Shown here one piece after another: positions 9,478-19,171 of a DNA stretch of 64,000 nucleotides. How positions within the stretch are numbered: the stretch's first letter is position 1; every line of letters starts with the position of its first letter. The translations under genes were made by a program, and so were the position numbers. Source of the DNA: Rikenellaceae bacterium (GTDB lineage Bacteria; Bacteroidota; Bacteroidia; Bacteroidales; Rikenellaceae). The notes beneath the pieces are model-generated. The model worked only from the letters and a program-made list of their open reading frames with translations, was not told the DNA's origin and did not search any database. The DNA lies in the NCBI GenBank assembly GCA_047171945.1, contig JBCQWR010000003.1, positions 10,170-74,169 on the forward strand, written 5' to 3'.

Positions 9478-10548
9478 ATGATAAATAGAGTAATAAAATT
9501 AGTTATACCACTACTCTCATTAACAGCTCTCTCAACCCCAATCTTAGCGCAAGAGGAGGCGGAGGTTGATCTCACTCCTGTTATATTTGGCTCCGTAAGA
9601 GCCAAATATGAACAGAGTACCGAGGCTGCCGATCTACACCGTTTCAATGTGCGCAACTCACGCCTCGGAGTCAAGGGATACACCTCCGAGAATATGCGCT
9701 ACGCAATCCAAATAGACTTCAACAATGAGGGTAAGGTCTCCATCTTGGACTCATATGTGGCATACATGGCAGGAGACTTCGAGTTCTCACTCGGACAACA
9801 GCACTACCACTTCAATGCCGACCTCGACCGTGGTCCCAGCAGCTCGCTATTCTCGAACCGCTCATTCCTCTCGAAGTACCTCACAACATACTACGACCCC
9901 ACTTCAAACGATGTGAGCACAATTGGCTCACGTGATATTGGAGCTGTGGCAAGCTACAAATTCCAAACAGAGATCCCCGTGACCATCACCGCTGGATTGA
10001 CGAATGGCTCGGGAGCAAACAACCCCGAGTGGAGCGAGAGGGTAAACTATGTGGGGCGTGTAGCTGTGGGTGACAAAATGGGTCTTCAAGTTGCTGGTAG
10101 CTACTACTATGGATATACTCCGCTCGATCAGGAGTTTGTAATGTATGGGGGTGAACTACGATATGCTGGCCCCAACTACCTAATCGAGGCTGCATGTGCC
10201 GAGCGTAAGCTACAACAAGATGGTACCCAGACTATAACTACAGCATACCTGCACGGATACCGCAAGTTCTATCTCAACGACAAGTGGGGCATTGACCACA
10301 TTGCACCACACCTACGCTGGGATATGGGTAACGGAATTGAGTTTGAGAATCAATTCGATGGCTTGATTGATCGCTACGACGCCTCTCGTATCACTGTAGC
10401 CCTCAATATCGGTCTGGCTCAAAAGTGGATCGGTGCCGAAGTGCGACTCTCCTATGAGGAGTATATGGTGGGTACAACACACACCGATGCTGCTATCAAC
10501 CCATTATTGCAGGATAAATTTACAATCGAATTTATTACCTCTTTCTAA
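9478..10548 (+). CDS. Outer-membrane porin (phosphate-selective porin O/P-like)
   Basis: Signal peptide; FNVRNSRLGVKG, ILDSYVAY, SRDIG motifs; C-terminal Phe. Confidence 0.7.
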   Translation: MINRVIKLVIPLLSLTALSTPILAQEEAEVDLTPVIFGSVRAKYEQSTEAADLHRFNVRNSRLGVKGYTSENMRYAIQIDFNNEGKVSILDSYVAYMAGDFEFSLGQQHYHFNADLDRGPSSSLFSNRSFLSKYLTTYYDPTSNDVSTIGSRDIGAVASYKFQTEIPVTITAGLTNGSGANNPEWSERVNYVGRVAVGDKMGLQVAGSYYYGYTPLDQEFVMYGGELRYAGPNYLIEAACAERKLQQDGTQTITTAYLHGYRKFYLNDKWGIDHIAPHLRWDMGNGIEFENQFDGLIDRYDASRITVALNIGLAQKWIGAEVRLSYEEYMVGTTHTDAAINPLLQDKFTIEFITSF

Positions 10549-10591
10549 AAAGAGGCTTTCATTGCTTGGTTTGCGCCTCATTCTCAACGAT

Positions 10592-10624
10592 AACGTCATC
10601 CCAGACTTGATCTGGGATGACGTT
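10592..10624. repeat. REP-like palindrome (CGTC-tagged family)
   Basis: aacgtcatcccaga-cttga-tctgggatgacgtt between convergent genes; same family at 16629, 18871 and 26137. Confidence 0.85.
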
Positions 10625-10688
10625 CTTTTTAAGTTTGATTTCAAAGCAGTATGTAGCTACACTCCTCAAAGCGCACCGAATCAGAGTT

Positions 10689-12491
10689 CTATATCTCGAT
10701 ACGATAAGGAGAGTACATCACCAATCCTTGCTCCGAGTATATTGGTTCTATTGCTGAGCGCACTGCCTCATACTCTTTTAGGAGTGGATTTTTTGCCATA
10801 GGATTCTTTGTGTTGATTGCATTGCTTATAGTAGCACGCACCTGTGCGAAGAGAGCAGCAAATCCTGTTGGCTCCTCTGTCATCTCCACAAGGCGGAACT
10901 CTTCGAGTCCAGCTTTATCTTGAGCCACAGCAATAGCGGCTTTCAATCCACCAATGGCATCGGCCAAGCCCAACTCTACGGCCTCATCACCGCTCCACAC
11001 TCTACCTTGAGCTATCTCGAGAACATCTTCGAGGGGGAGGTTGCGGCCTTCAGCTACGAGAGAGGTGAAGCGCTCATATACCTTGTCGACACTCTTTATC
11101 ATCACATTGTGCTCATAGCTGCTCAAGGCGCTTAGAGAGGTCATAAAGGCAGCCGATGAGTTTGTCTCGACACCATCGAAGGTGATGCCCAATTTATCTT
11201 CGCAAGCACTCTCCACGTTGGGGATCATTCCAAATACTCCGATAGAGCCAGTTAGAGTGAGTCTGTCTGCGAGGATCACATCGGCAGGAGCCGAGATGTA
11301 GTATCCGCCCGATGCAGCGTAGCTTCCCATAGATACAATAAGTGGTTTCTCAGAGCGGAGGAGGTCGAGTTCACGCCACATTATATCGGAGGCCAAGGCG
11401 CTACCACCAGGAGAGTTGACACGCAATACTACCGCCTTGATAGAGTCATCTTTGCGAGCCTTGCGAATTGTTGAAGCGGTGCTATTACCATAGATCTTGC
11501 CATCGGAGCCCTCGCCATCGACGATACTACCCTCGGCATATATAATAGCGATTTTATCGGCGCCAAAGCTACTGAGGGCTTCACCTTGCAAGGAGATGTA
11601 ATCCGAGAGTGAGATGTAGTTTACGCTCTGCTCCGTCTCGTCTACTTTGACTCCTGCCTCCTCTAAAATTGCGGTGAGCTGATCCTCGTAGATTAGGCCA
11701 TCGACCATGCGGCACTCGAGAGCGGTGTCGACATCCATACAATCTAAGTTGTCGGCAATGCGATTAACCTCCTCGAGAGTGAGTCCACGAGCCACGGCCA
11801 CATCGCTTGCGATAACCTCCCACATCGAGGATATGAGTTGCTCCATCTGAGTGCGATTTGCGCTCGACATCTTGTCGAGGATATAGGGTTCAACTGCCGA
11901 TTTGTATCTGCACACCGTGGGGCGGAACACCTGTACCTCGATACCCAATTTATCGAGTAAACCCTTATAGAACATTGTGTTGGAGGCCATACCTTGCCAA
12001 ATCAACATACCTTCGGGTTGTACATACACTTTATCGGCAACAGTCGAGAGATAGTATCCCTTTTGGCTATATGAAGTGTTGTAGGCGATGATGCTCTTGC
12101 CGCTGAGTTTAAACTCAGCTAAGGCCTCACGTATCTCCTCCAATGCTGCTGTAGGCACCATCGAAGAGGAGCTGATGTTGAGGTATATAGCCTCGATGTT
12201 GTCGTCGTCGGCTGCCGCCTCTATCGCCGAGAGAGTGTCGAATAGTGTGATCGACTGCCCCATCTCAAGGGTATTGAAGTTAAAGTTGGCCATAGGGTTG
12301 CTTTGAGGTGACTCTGTAAAGCTCTCACTTAGGTCGATCTTAAGAACCGAGTTTGGCTTCGCCACAACGGTCTCGCTCATCGCCAATGAACCAGCAAAGG
12401 CGAAGATTACGATCATCCATAGTATAAAGCCAAGAATACTACTGACGATGCAACCCAGAACGACTATCCAAAATAGTTTAAAAAAATTCAT
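10689..12491 (-). CDS. sppA: Signal peptide peptidase SppA (67K type)
   Basis: LRVNSPGGSALASD, SMGSYAASGGYYIS, TLTGSIGVFG, AQGRVWSG. Confidence 0.95.
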   Translation of the reverse strand: MNFFKLFWIVVLGCIVSSILGFILWMIVIFAFAGSLAMSETVVAKPNSVLKIDLSESFTESPQSNPMANFNFNTLEMGQSITLFDTLSAIEAAADDDNIEAIYLNISSSSMVPTAALEEIREALAEFKLSGKSIIAYNTSYSQKGYYLSTVADKVYVQPEGMLIWQGMASNTMFYKGLLDKLGIEVQVFRPTVCRYKSAVEPYILDKMSSANRTQMEQLISSMWEVIASDVAVARGLTLEEVNRIADNLDCMDVDTALECRMVDGLIYEDQLTAILEEAGVKVDETEQSVNYISLSDYISLQGEALSSFGADKIAIIYAEGSIVDGEGSDGKIYGNSTASTIRKARKDDSIKAVVLRVNSPGGSALASDIMWRELDLLRSEKPLIVSMGSYAASGGYYISAPADVILADRLTLTGSIGVFGMIPNVESACEDKLGITFDGVETNSSAAFMTSLSALSSYEHNVMIKSVDKVYERFTSLVAEGRNLPLEDVLEIAQGRVWSGDEAVELGLADAIGGLKAAIAVAQDKAGLEEFRLVEMTEEPTGFAALFAQVRATISNAINTKNPMAKNPLLKEYEAVRSAIEPIYSEQGLVMYSPYRIEI

Positions 12492-12569
12492 ATCTTCATT
12501 CGTTTTAAATTGTTAATAATCTGCTTGTGCTTTACAAAGGTAGTTAAAATTGTCGATAGATTACTGTTT

Positions 12570-13412
12570 TTACTTCACAAAACTACGCAAAAGCGCTATC
12601 TCCTCAGCCCAGCGATCTGTATCGGGGGTCTCCAATATTAGAGGCATGTTGTCGAAACGTTTGTCGCCCATGATATACTCGAAGCAGCGCATGCCGATAT
12701 GTCCATCACCAAGTGGTGCGTGGCGGTCGACACGGCTCGCCAAGGGTTTGAGGGCGTCGTTGAGGTGCATACCACGTAGATATTTGAAGCCCACGACCTC
12801 TTCGAATTCGGCAAATGTAGCCTCGAGAGTCTCGTCGGTGCGAAGGTCGTAACCTGCGGCAAAGGTGTGGCAGGTGTCGAGACATACCCCCACACGGCTC
12901 TTATCATCTACCCCGTCGATAATGCGGGCGAGGTGGTAAAAGCTAAAGCCCAAATTGGAGCCTTGGCCAGCAGTATTCTCGATGACGGCAGTAACCCCCT
13001 TGGTGGCCTCGAGAGCCAAGTTAATCGACTCGGCAACACGATCCAAGGAGTCCTCTATGGATATCTTCTTGAGGTGAGAACCTGGGTGGAAGTTGAGTAG
13101 CGTAAGCCCCAATTGCTCACAGCGTTGCATCTCGCCAAGGAATGCATCACGAGATTTGGTTAGCCCCTCCTGTTCGGGATGCCCCAAGTTTATTAGGTAA
13201 CTATCGTGAGGTAAGATTTGAGCGGGGGTGAGCGAAGCCTCGAGGCAAGCCTCCTTAAATTTGGCTATGTCGCTCTCGGTGAGTTGTGGTGCACTCCACT
13301 GTCGCTGATTCTTGGTGAATATTGCTATTGCGTTGGCTGCTATAGCTGCGCCATTCTTTGGGCCATTCTCCAATCCGCCCGAGACGCTTACGTGTGCTCC
13401 TATATATTTCAT
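12570..13412 (-). CDS. nfo: Endonuclease IV
   Basis: [53 protein letters not shown]. Confidence 0.96.
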   Translation of the reverse strand: MKYIGAHVSVSGGLENGPKNGAAIAANAIAIFTKNQRQWSAPQLTESDIAKFKEACLEASLTPAQILPHDSYLINLGHPEQEGLTKSRDAFLGEMQRCEQLGLTLLNFHPGSHLKKISIEDSLDRVAESINLALEATKGVTAVIENTAGQGSNLGFSFYHLARIIDGVDDKSRVGVCLDTCHTFAAGYDLRTDETLEATFAEFEEVVGFKYLRGMHLNDALKPLASRVDRHAPLGDGHIGMRCFEYIMGDKRFDNMPLILETPDTDRWAEEIALLRSFVK

Positions 13413-13527
13413 ATGTCATAAAGTTTTTTTTGTTCTAATTCCTTGCATACAAGTAAAAAAAACACTCTTGTATTGTACAAAGGTAATAATTTTATTAAAT
13501 TTGCACCCTAAACATTGCTGATATAAG

Positions 13528-14724
13528 ATGATAAAATACATTAAAGGAGCAATTATGCTCTCTCTCTTTGTTGTGGCCCCATCAATTGCCGCAGCGCAGA
13601 TGACAATCGACAAGTTGGAGACAACCAAACAAGAGGATGTCCGTTTTAGAGATTCAGTCAAGGTATCTTCGATTGATAATAATGACTACTTCTCTTTGGC
13701 TCGCTACAAGGCTGAGAGAGCAGCATTGCGCAAGGAGCGCAATACTCTCGAGATAATCAGCTCATTACAGGGATCACTAACAGCCTATAATGACCCTTGG
13801 GTTGCTACTTCGGGTGGTGATAACACCACTGCGTTGGTGGGAAGTTTTGTGCTCAACCACAGCTATAAGCGAGAGAAATTTACACTCACCTCGAAGGTTA
13901 CAGCCAACTTTGGATATAACCGAATCAAAATCGATACGGGTACCGACGACGAGGGTAACACCATCTCGGAGGGTGTGTGGTTCAAGAATCAAGACCTCTT
14001 GTCTATCTCGGTGGCGCCAACCATCGCCATCTCCTCGATTTGGTCCTATGGTATGACCTTCTCGTTCCGCACCCAATTTGCCAACGGATATGTATCTCGC
14101 TCACAACAAGATAGCTATGAGCTCAAGAGTGGATTCATGGCACCAGGATATCTCGATATCTCGGGAGGTATGACCTACAAATCACCCAACAAGAAACTCC
14201 CATTTACGGTCGCTATAGCTCCTTTGGCGATGAGTGCTATATATGTTAGCAACGAGGCTGTACGAGATAACTTCCTCTATAATTTTGCCGACCATGAGAG
14301 TGGCACTTGGGCCTACGTTGAGCCCTATGGTATCAGCCCCTATGTCAGCTCTAAATATGAGGGTGGTTCATCCATCCAGATAGATTTTGACCGTACATTC
14401 GAGAAACTTTCGAAGATCCGTTACACCACCTCGATCTACTCCTTCTATGGTTGGATGACGCAACTATCGTACAAAAATATTGTGGGTGATTATGATGCTT
14501 ATCAAGAGGCTCTAACCGAATGGAATGGCTCTCAAGATGGCGTGAAACCGATGCTCGGAATTCGTCCAACGTTGCGTTGGGAGAATACAATCTCGATCCC
14601 TGCAACCGATATCCTTTCGACTACAATCAAGTTTCAACTCTACTACAACAAGGCGCAGAGCCTCGACATACAGACACAAACTTATTTGAGTGTAGGTCTT
14701 GCATATACCTTTAAAAATAAATAG
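13528..14724 (+). CDS. DUF3078-like outer-membrane beta-barrel protein
   Basis: Signal peptide; W..SGGDN, FRTQFANGY, SGFMAPGYL motifs; ends GLAYTFKNK. Confidence 0.7.
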   Translation: MIKYIKGAIMLSLFVVAPSIAAAQMTIDKLETTKQEDVRFRDSVKVSSIDNNDYFSLARYKAERAALRKERNTLEIISSLQGSLTAYNDPWVATSGGDNTTALVGSFVLNHSYKREKFTLTSKVTANFGYNRIKIDTGTDDEGNTISEGVWFKNQDLLSISVAPTIAISSIWSYGMTFSFRTQFANGYVSRSQQDSYELKSGFMAPGYLDISGGMTYKSPNKKLPFTVAIAPLAMSAIYVSNEAVRDNFLYNFADHESGTWAYVEPYGISPYVSSKYEGGSSIQIDFDRTFEKLSKIRYTTSIYSFYGWMTQLSYKNIVGDYDAYQEALTEWNGSQDGVKPMLGIRPTLRWENTISIPATDILSTTIKFQLYYNKAQSLDIQTQTYLSVGLAYTFKNK

Positions 14725-14727
14725 ATT

Positions 14728-16383
14728 ATGAGTTCATCATCTTCAAATCGCTGGAGAATAATCACCCCTCTCCTGCTACTACTTACAGCGCTTGCTGGAG
14801 TTATTGGTGGTCGACTCTTTGAGCAGAGGCGTCTAAACTCCAAGCTTGTGCAGATATCGGCAATGTTGGGTAATCTACCCTCCGATAATAAGATATCATC
14901 GACACTATCGTTTATCGAAAAATATTATGTCGATTCGATCTCTATTGACTCTTTATCCGAGAGCCTTATGCCACATATCTTTGAGGCTTTGGATCCCCAC
15001 TCCACCTATATCCCAGCTGAGGATATGCAGGGGGTCAACGAGTCGCTCGAGGGTGAGTTCGATGGTATTGGAGTGGTCTTTAATATGGCTACCGATACGG
15101 TTATCGTGATCAATGTAATACCCTCGGGACCCAGCGATAAGGCTGGTATGAGGGGTGGCGACCGCATCGTTATGATCAACGACTCGCTGGTAGCGGGTGT
15201 CAAATTCCCACAAAATGATGTGATGAAGCTCTTGCGTGGTAAACGAGGCACCACCGTCAAGTTGGGCGTGGAGCGCCAAGGTGCCGACGAGCTTTTGGAT
15301 GTTGAGGTGACTCGTGGGGTGATACCCATCAAGAGTATCCAATCTTCGATCATCTTGCGTGATTCGATCGGCTACATCAAGATGTTGCAGTTTGCTCGCA
15401 CCACCCACACCGAACTTGTGGAGGCTATAGCCAAGTTGCAGGGCGAGGGGCTCAAGTCGCTTATCCTCGACCTCCGTGGCAACTCGGGTGGATATCTCGA
15501 TCAAGCAATTTCGATTGCTAACGAGTTGCTTCCATCCAACAACCTTATAGTATATACCGAAGATAGAGATGGCAACCAGACCAAGGAGTATAGCAATGGA
15601 CGTGGTCGTATCACCGATCTCGATATTGCAATCTTGATTGATGAGGGTAGTGCCTCCTCGAGCGAGATCCTCTCTGGAGCAATACAAGATAATGACCGTG
15701 GTACAATCATCGGCCGCCGATCTTTTGGAAAGGGTCTTGTGCAGCAACAGGTACCCTATGGCGATGGCTCGGCTATGCGTCTCACCGTTGCTCGCTACTA
15801 CACCCCCACAGGTCGCTCAATCCAAAAGAGCTACACCAATGGCGATAACGAGAGTTACGAGGAGGATCTAATCAACCGCTATGCGATGGGTGAGCTCTTT
15901 GTGGCCGATAGCATCCACTTTGTCGATTCACTCAAGAGGGTGACTCCAAAGGGTAAGGTGGTCTATGGTGGCGGTGGCATCATGCCCGACATCTTTGTGC
16001 CTGCCGACACCACCGATGTCACCAAATATTATATCGAGATCTCGGCTCGCAACATCCTCTATAACTACACCACCAAGTATGCCGATGCGCACCGTGAGGC
16101 GATCAACTCAGTGAAGAGCCTCGAGGAGTTAGATACTCTCTTAGAGAGCGACAAGGATCTACTCAATGACTTCGTTGCATATGCTGCAAAGCAGGGCGTG
16201 AGAGCCTCTTGGAGCGAGATTCGACGTTCGCAAAGGATTATCGAGGCGCAGCTTAGGGCCTACATTGGTCGCAATACACCTCTCGACGACGACGCTTTCT
16301 ATCACAGCATATATCCCATCGACGTGGTTATCCTAAAGGCTATCGAGACGCTCGAGGCTGAGGAGAAGGAGGTGCAGCTATGA
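14728..16383 (+). CDS. S41 carboxy-terminal processing protease with PDZ domain
   Basis: LDPHS, ILDLRGNSGG, SASSSEILSGAIQDNDRG, GRRSFGKGLVQ, TVARYYTPTGRSIQ. Confidence 0.93.
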   Translation: MSSSSSNRWRIITPLLLLLTALAGVIGGRLFEQRRLNSKLVQISAMLGNLPSDNKISSTLSFIEKYYVDSISIDSLSESLMPHIFEALDPHSTYIPAEDMQGVNESLEGEFDGIGVVFNMATDTVIVINVIPSGPSDKAGMRGGDRIVMINDSLVAGVKFPQNDVMKLLRGKRGTTVKLGVERQGADELLDVEVTRGVIPIKSIQSSIILRDSIGYIKMLQFARTTHTELVEAIAKLQGEGLKSLILDLRGNSGGYLDQAISIANELLPSNNLIVYTEDRDGNQTKEYSNGRGRITDLDIAILIDEGSASSSEILSGAIQDNDRGTIIGRRSFGKGLVQQQVPYGDGSAMRLTVARYYTPTGRSIQKSYTNGDNESYEEDLINRYAMGELFVADSIHFVDSLKRVTPKGKVVYGGGGIMPDIFVPADTTDVTKYYIEISARNILYNYTTKYADAHREAINSVKSLEELDTLLESDKDLLNDFVAYAAKQGVRASWSEIRRSQRIIEAQLRAYIGRNTPLDDDAFYHSIYPIDVVILKAIETLEAEEKEVQL

Positions 16384-16640
16384 TCTCGAAATTGTTGAGG
16401 GTGCTACTCACCATTGCCATATTGGGGGTGGTTGCGTTGGTGGTGATCAACCACCGTAGCTATAACTCGATGATCCCCGCCGAGTATAACTTCATAGATA
16501 GACTCTTTGAGAAGTCGACCGAAGTGCCGCAGGAGCAGCCTACGGAGGCGGTAATTGAGGTTGACTCACTGGAGGTAGAGCAGGAGATAATCAACGTCGA
16601 TACACTAAACAACACTCAAACAGAGGCTGTAGATTCCTGA
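16380..16640 (+). CDS. Small hypothetical membrane protein (N-terminal TM helix, acidic tail)
   Basis: ATGA overlap with the upstream stop; hydrophobic residues ~5-22. Confidence 0.65.
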   Translation: MISKLLRVLLTIAILGVVALVVINHRSYNSMIPAEYNFIDRLFEKSTEVPQEQPTEAVIEVDSLEVEQEIINVDTLNNTQTEAVDS

Positions 16641-16702
16641 TCAAGTCTGGAATGACGTAATACAAAACTTAGTCGTCATCTCAGACTTGATCTGAGATCT
16701 AC
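16629..16702. repeat. Inverted pair of REP-like palindromes (BIME-like)
   Basis: gtagattcctgatcaagtctggaatgacg (16629-16657) and cgtcatctcagacttgatctgagatctac (16674-16702). Confidence 0.85.
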
Positions 16703-16712
16703 AAAAGAGAGG

Positions 16713-16763
16713 GGTGACAGTGAAGAAGAATAAAAAAAGGTGACAGAGAAGAAGAATAAAAAA
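16713..16763 (+). repeat. Two tandem ~26-bp direct repeats upstream of proS
   Basis: ggtgacagtgaagaagaataaaaaaa followed by ggtgacagagaagaagaataaaaaa. Confidence 0.75.
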
Positions 16764-16777
16764 TAGAATATACAACG

Positions 16778-18262
16778 ATGGCAAAAGAATTAAAAGACCT
16801 CACAAAGATTGAGGATAACTACTCACAGTGGTACAATGAATTGGTAGTAAAGGCAGGTTTGGCCGAGAACTCAGCGGTGCGTGGATGTATGGTAATCAAA
16901 CCCTATGGCTACGCTATTTGGGAGAAGATGCAGGCGGCACTCGACAAGATGTTTAAGGATACAGGCCACCAAAATGCCTACTTCCCTCTCTTTATCCCCA
17001 AATCGTTCTTCTCGAAGGAGGCTTCGCACGTCGAGGGCTTCGCTAAGGAGTGCGCTGTGGTTACCCACTACCGCCTAATGAACGACCCCAATGGCAAAGG
17101 CGTTGTGGTCGATCCCGATGCTCGTTTGGAGGAGGAGCTTATCGTTCGTCCAACATCGGAGACAATTATCTGGAATACCTACAAAAATTGGATTCAATCA
17201 TACCGTGACCTACCAATCCTCTGCAACCAGTGGGCAAATGTGGTTCGTTGGGAGATGCGCACACGCCTCTTCTTGCGTACTGCCGAGTTCTTGTGGCAGG
17301 AGGGTCACACCGCTCACGCCACTCGTGAGGAGGCGATCGAGGAGACTGAGCGCATGATCCACGTATACCAAAAGTTTGCGCAAGAGTGGATGGCATTGCC
17401 CGTTATCGTGGGTCACAAGTCACCCAACGAGCGCTTTGCTGGAGCCGAGGACACCCTCACAATTGAGGCGTTGATGCAGGATGGAAAGGCTCTACAGAGC
17501 GGTACATCGCACTTCTTGGCACAAAACTTCGCCAAGGCATTCGACGTTCAATTCACCAACAAGGAGGGTAAGAGCGACTACGTGTGGGCAACCTCGTGGG
17601 GTGTTTCGACACGCCTGATGGGTGCGCTTATCATGGCTCACTCCGACAACAATGGTTTGGTGTTGCCTCCAAAGTTGGCCCCTATCCACGTTGTGATGGT
17701 CCCTATCTTCAAGGGTGAGGAGCAGTTGGAGGTCATGCGCCAAAAGATGGAGGCTATCGCCGCACCTCTTCGTGCAGCAGGCCTTACGGTCAAGATCGAC
17801 GATCGTGACAACATCCGCTCGGGCTTCAAGTTTGCCGAGTATGAGCTCAAGGGAGTTCCCGTGCGCCTTGCAATCGGACCTCGTGACCTCGAGAACAACA
17901 CTATCGAGCTCGCTCGTCGTGATACCCTCACCAAGGAGAATGTCTCGCAAGATGGTCTTACGGAGCGTATCGTAGCGCTTATGGATGAGATCCAAGAGAA
18001 TATCTACTCTAAGTCGCTCACCTACCGTGACTCGATGATCACCAAGGTTGACTCATGGGAGGAGTTCATCGACGTTCTCGATAACAAGGGCGGTTTCGTG
18101 GCGGCTCACTGGGACGGAACACCCGAAACCGAGCAGGCGATCAAAGATGCTACCAAGGCGACAATTCGCTGTATCCCAATGGATGTAGAGGCCGAAGAGG
18201 GTAAGTGTATCTTCACTGGCAAGCCATCTCCATACCGTGTTCTCTTTGCTCGTAGCTACTAA
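16778..18262 (+). CDS. proS: Prolyl-tRNA synthetase (archaeal/eukaryotic-like type)
   Basis: [61 protein letters not shown]-terminal FARSY. Confidence 0.97.
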   Translation: MAKELKDLTKIEDNYSQWYNELVVKAGLAENSAVRGCMVIKPYGYAIWEKMQAALDKMFKDTGHQNAYFPLFIPKSFFSKEASHVEGFAKECAVVTHYRLMNDPNGKGVVVDPDARLEEELIVRPTSETIIWNTYKNWIQSYRDLPILCNQWANVVRWEMRTRLFLRTAEFLWQEGHTAHATREEAIEETERMIHVYQKFAQEWMALPVIVGHKSPNERFAGAEDTLTIEALMQDGKALQSGTSHFLAQNFAKAFDVQFTNKEGKSDYVWATSWGVSTRLMGALIMAHSDNNGLVLPPKLAPIHVVMVPIFKGEEQLEVMRQKMEAIAAPLRAAGLTVKIDDRDNIRSGFKFAEYELKGVPVRLAIGPRDLENNTIELARRDTLTKENVSQDGLTERIVALMDEIQENIYSKSLTYRDSMITKVDSWEEFIDVLDNKGGFVAAHWDGTPETEQAIKDATKATIRCIPMDVEAEEGKCIFTGKPSPYRVLFARSY

Positions 18263-18265
18263 GCG

Positions 18266-18823
18266 ATGGATACCGCACAATCACTTCGCAGAGAAAATAT
18301 AGCCGAATATATCCTCTACCTATGGCAGTTAGAGGATATGTTCCGAGCTCTGCAATTCTCACCCGAGGCGATCTACTCGCAATTTGTGGCGCCTCGCACC
18401 ACGCTCGACGAGAAGAGTCAAGCGGCGCTGCTAACCTGGTATATGGAGCTGGTGCAGCTACTCCAAAAGGAGGGCAAGGAGGAGAAGGGTCACTTGGAGC
18501 ACACGCTGCATCTAATAGCCGACCTGCACAACCTCCACCTGCAACTGCTCGACCTACCTATCGGGGCTCGTTATCGCACACTTGTGGCACGTCTCGACGA
18601 GGTGATGCCCGACCTCAGGGCGCTATTTGGCAGCGAGATCACCGATACTGAATTGGCATTTAGGGCACTCTATGCCGCTATGCTATACCGCATTAAGGGT
18701 GACGGCACAAAGGGTGCTGTGGCCGACACTATCGAGTATATCTCGCCTGTTGTGGCCGAATTGGCCTCGATCTATGGCAAGGCGGAGCGAGGTGAGGTGG
18801 ATCTCTTTGAGCGCAAGGAGTAG
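18266..18823 (+). CDS. DUF4924-family protein
   Basis: RENIAEYILYLWQLED..RA and GHLEHT motifs recalled for this Bacteroidales family. Confidence 0.7.
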   Translation: MDTAQSLRRENIAEYILYLWQLEDMFRALQFSPEAIYSQFVAPRTTLDEKSQAALLTWYMELVQLLQKEGKEEKGHLEHTLHLIADLHNLHLQLLDLPIGARYRTLVARLDEVMPDLRALFGSEITDTELAFRALYAAMLYRIKGDGTKGAVADTIEYISPVVAELASIYGKAERGEVDLFERKE

Positions 18824-18870
18824 TTTTAGGCTGTGTAGTACAAAATATATCGTTATCTACACGCCACCTA

Positions 18871-19010
18871 CGTCACCCCAGACTTGATCTGGGGTCTACA
18901 AAAGAGAGTGATCTTCAGTGAATTAATAGTATATGTTGTAGATTCCCGATCGAGTCGGGAATGACGTAAAGGTTAGTCGGGAATGAGGTAAGTGTTAGTC
19001 GGGAATGACG
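18871..19010. repeat. REP cluster: two full palindromes in inverted orientation plus two tandem half-units
   Basis: cgtcaccccagacttgatctggggtctac (18871-18899), gtagattcccgatcgagtcgggaatgacg (18938-18966), gttagtcgggaatga x2 (18972-19010). Confidence 0.85.
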
Positions 19011-19116
19011 AGAATATGTTATCGCATCAGCAATCTGCATAAGTATAAATACTAATTTCGCTACCCTGCATTGATAAAATGTGGGGTGTGAGTGGAGGTA
19101 GTCTGCAGAATTTTTA

Positions 19117-19124
19117 TAACTTTG
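19117..19124 (+). promoter_or_regulatory. -7 box upstream of the sulA-like gene
   Basis: TAACTTTG 48 nt before the ATG. Confidence 0.55.
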
Positions 19125-19171
19125 TATGTTCGTGAGATCGAAATTTTAAATAAATAATAATAGATATAGCA

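Noticed and set aside
14953-15747. Long antisense and alternate-frame ORFs (e.g. 264 aa here, 213 aa at 22576-23217, 192 aa at 45758-46336)
   Set aside because: Shadows of strongly supported genes with no recognisable motifs
18871-19010. Short repeats with spacers resembling a CRISPR array
   Set aside because: Units are inverted, irregularly spaced and shared with dispersed REP copies; no cas genes
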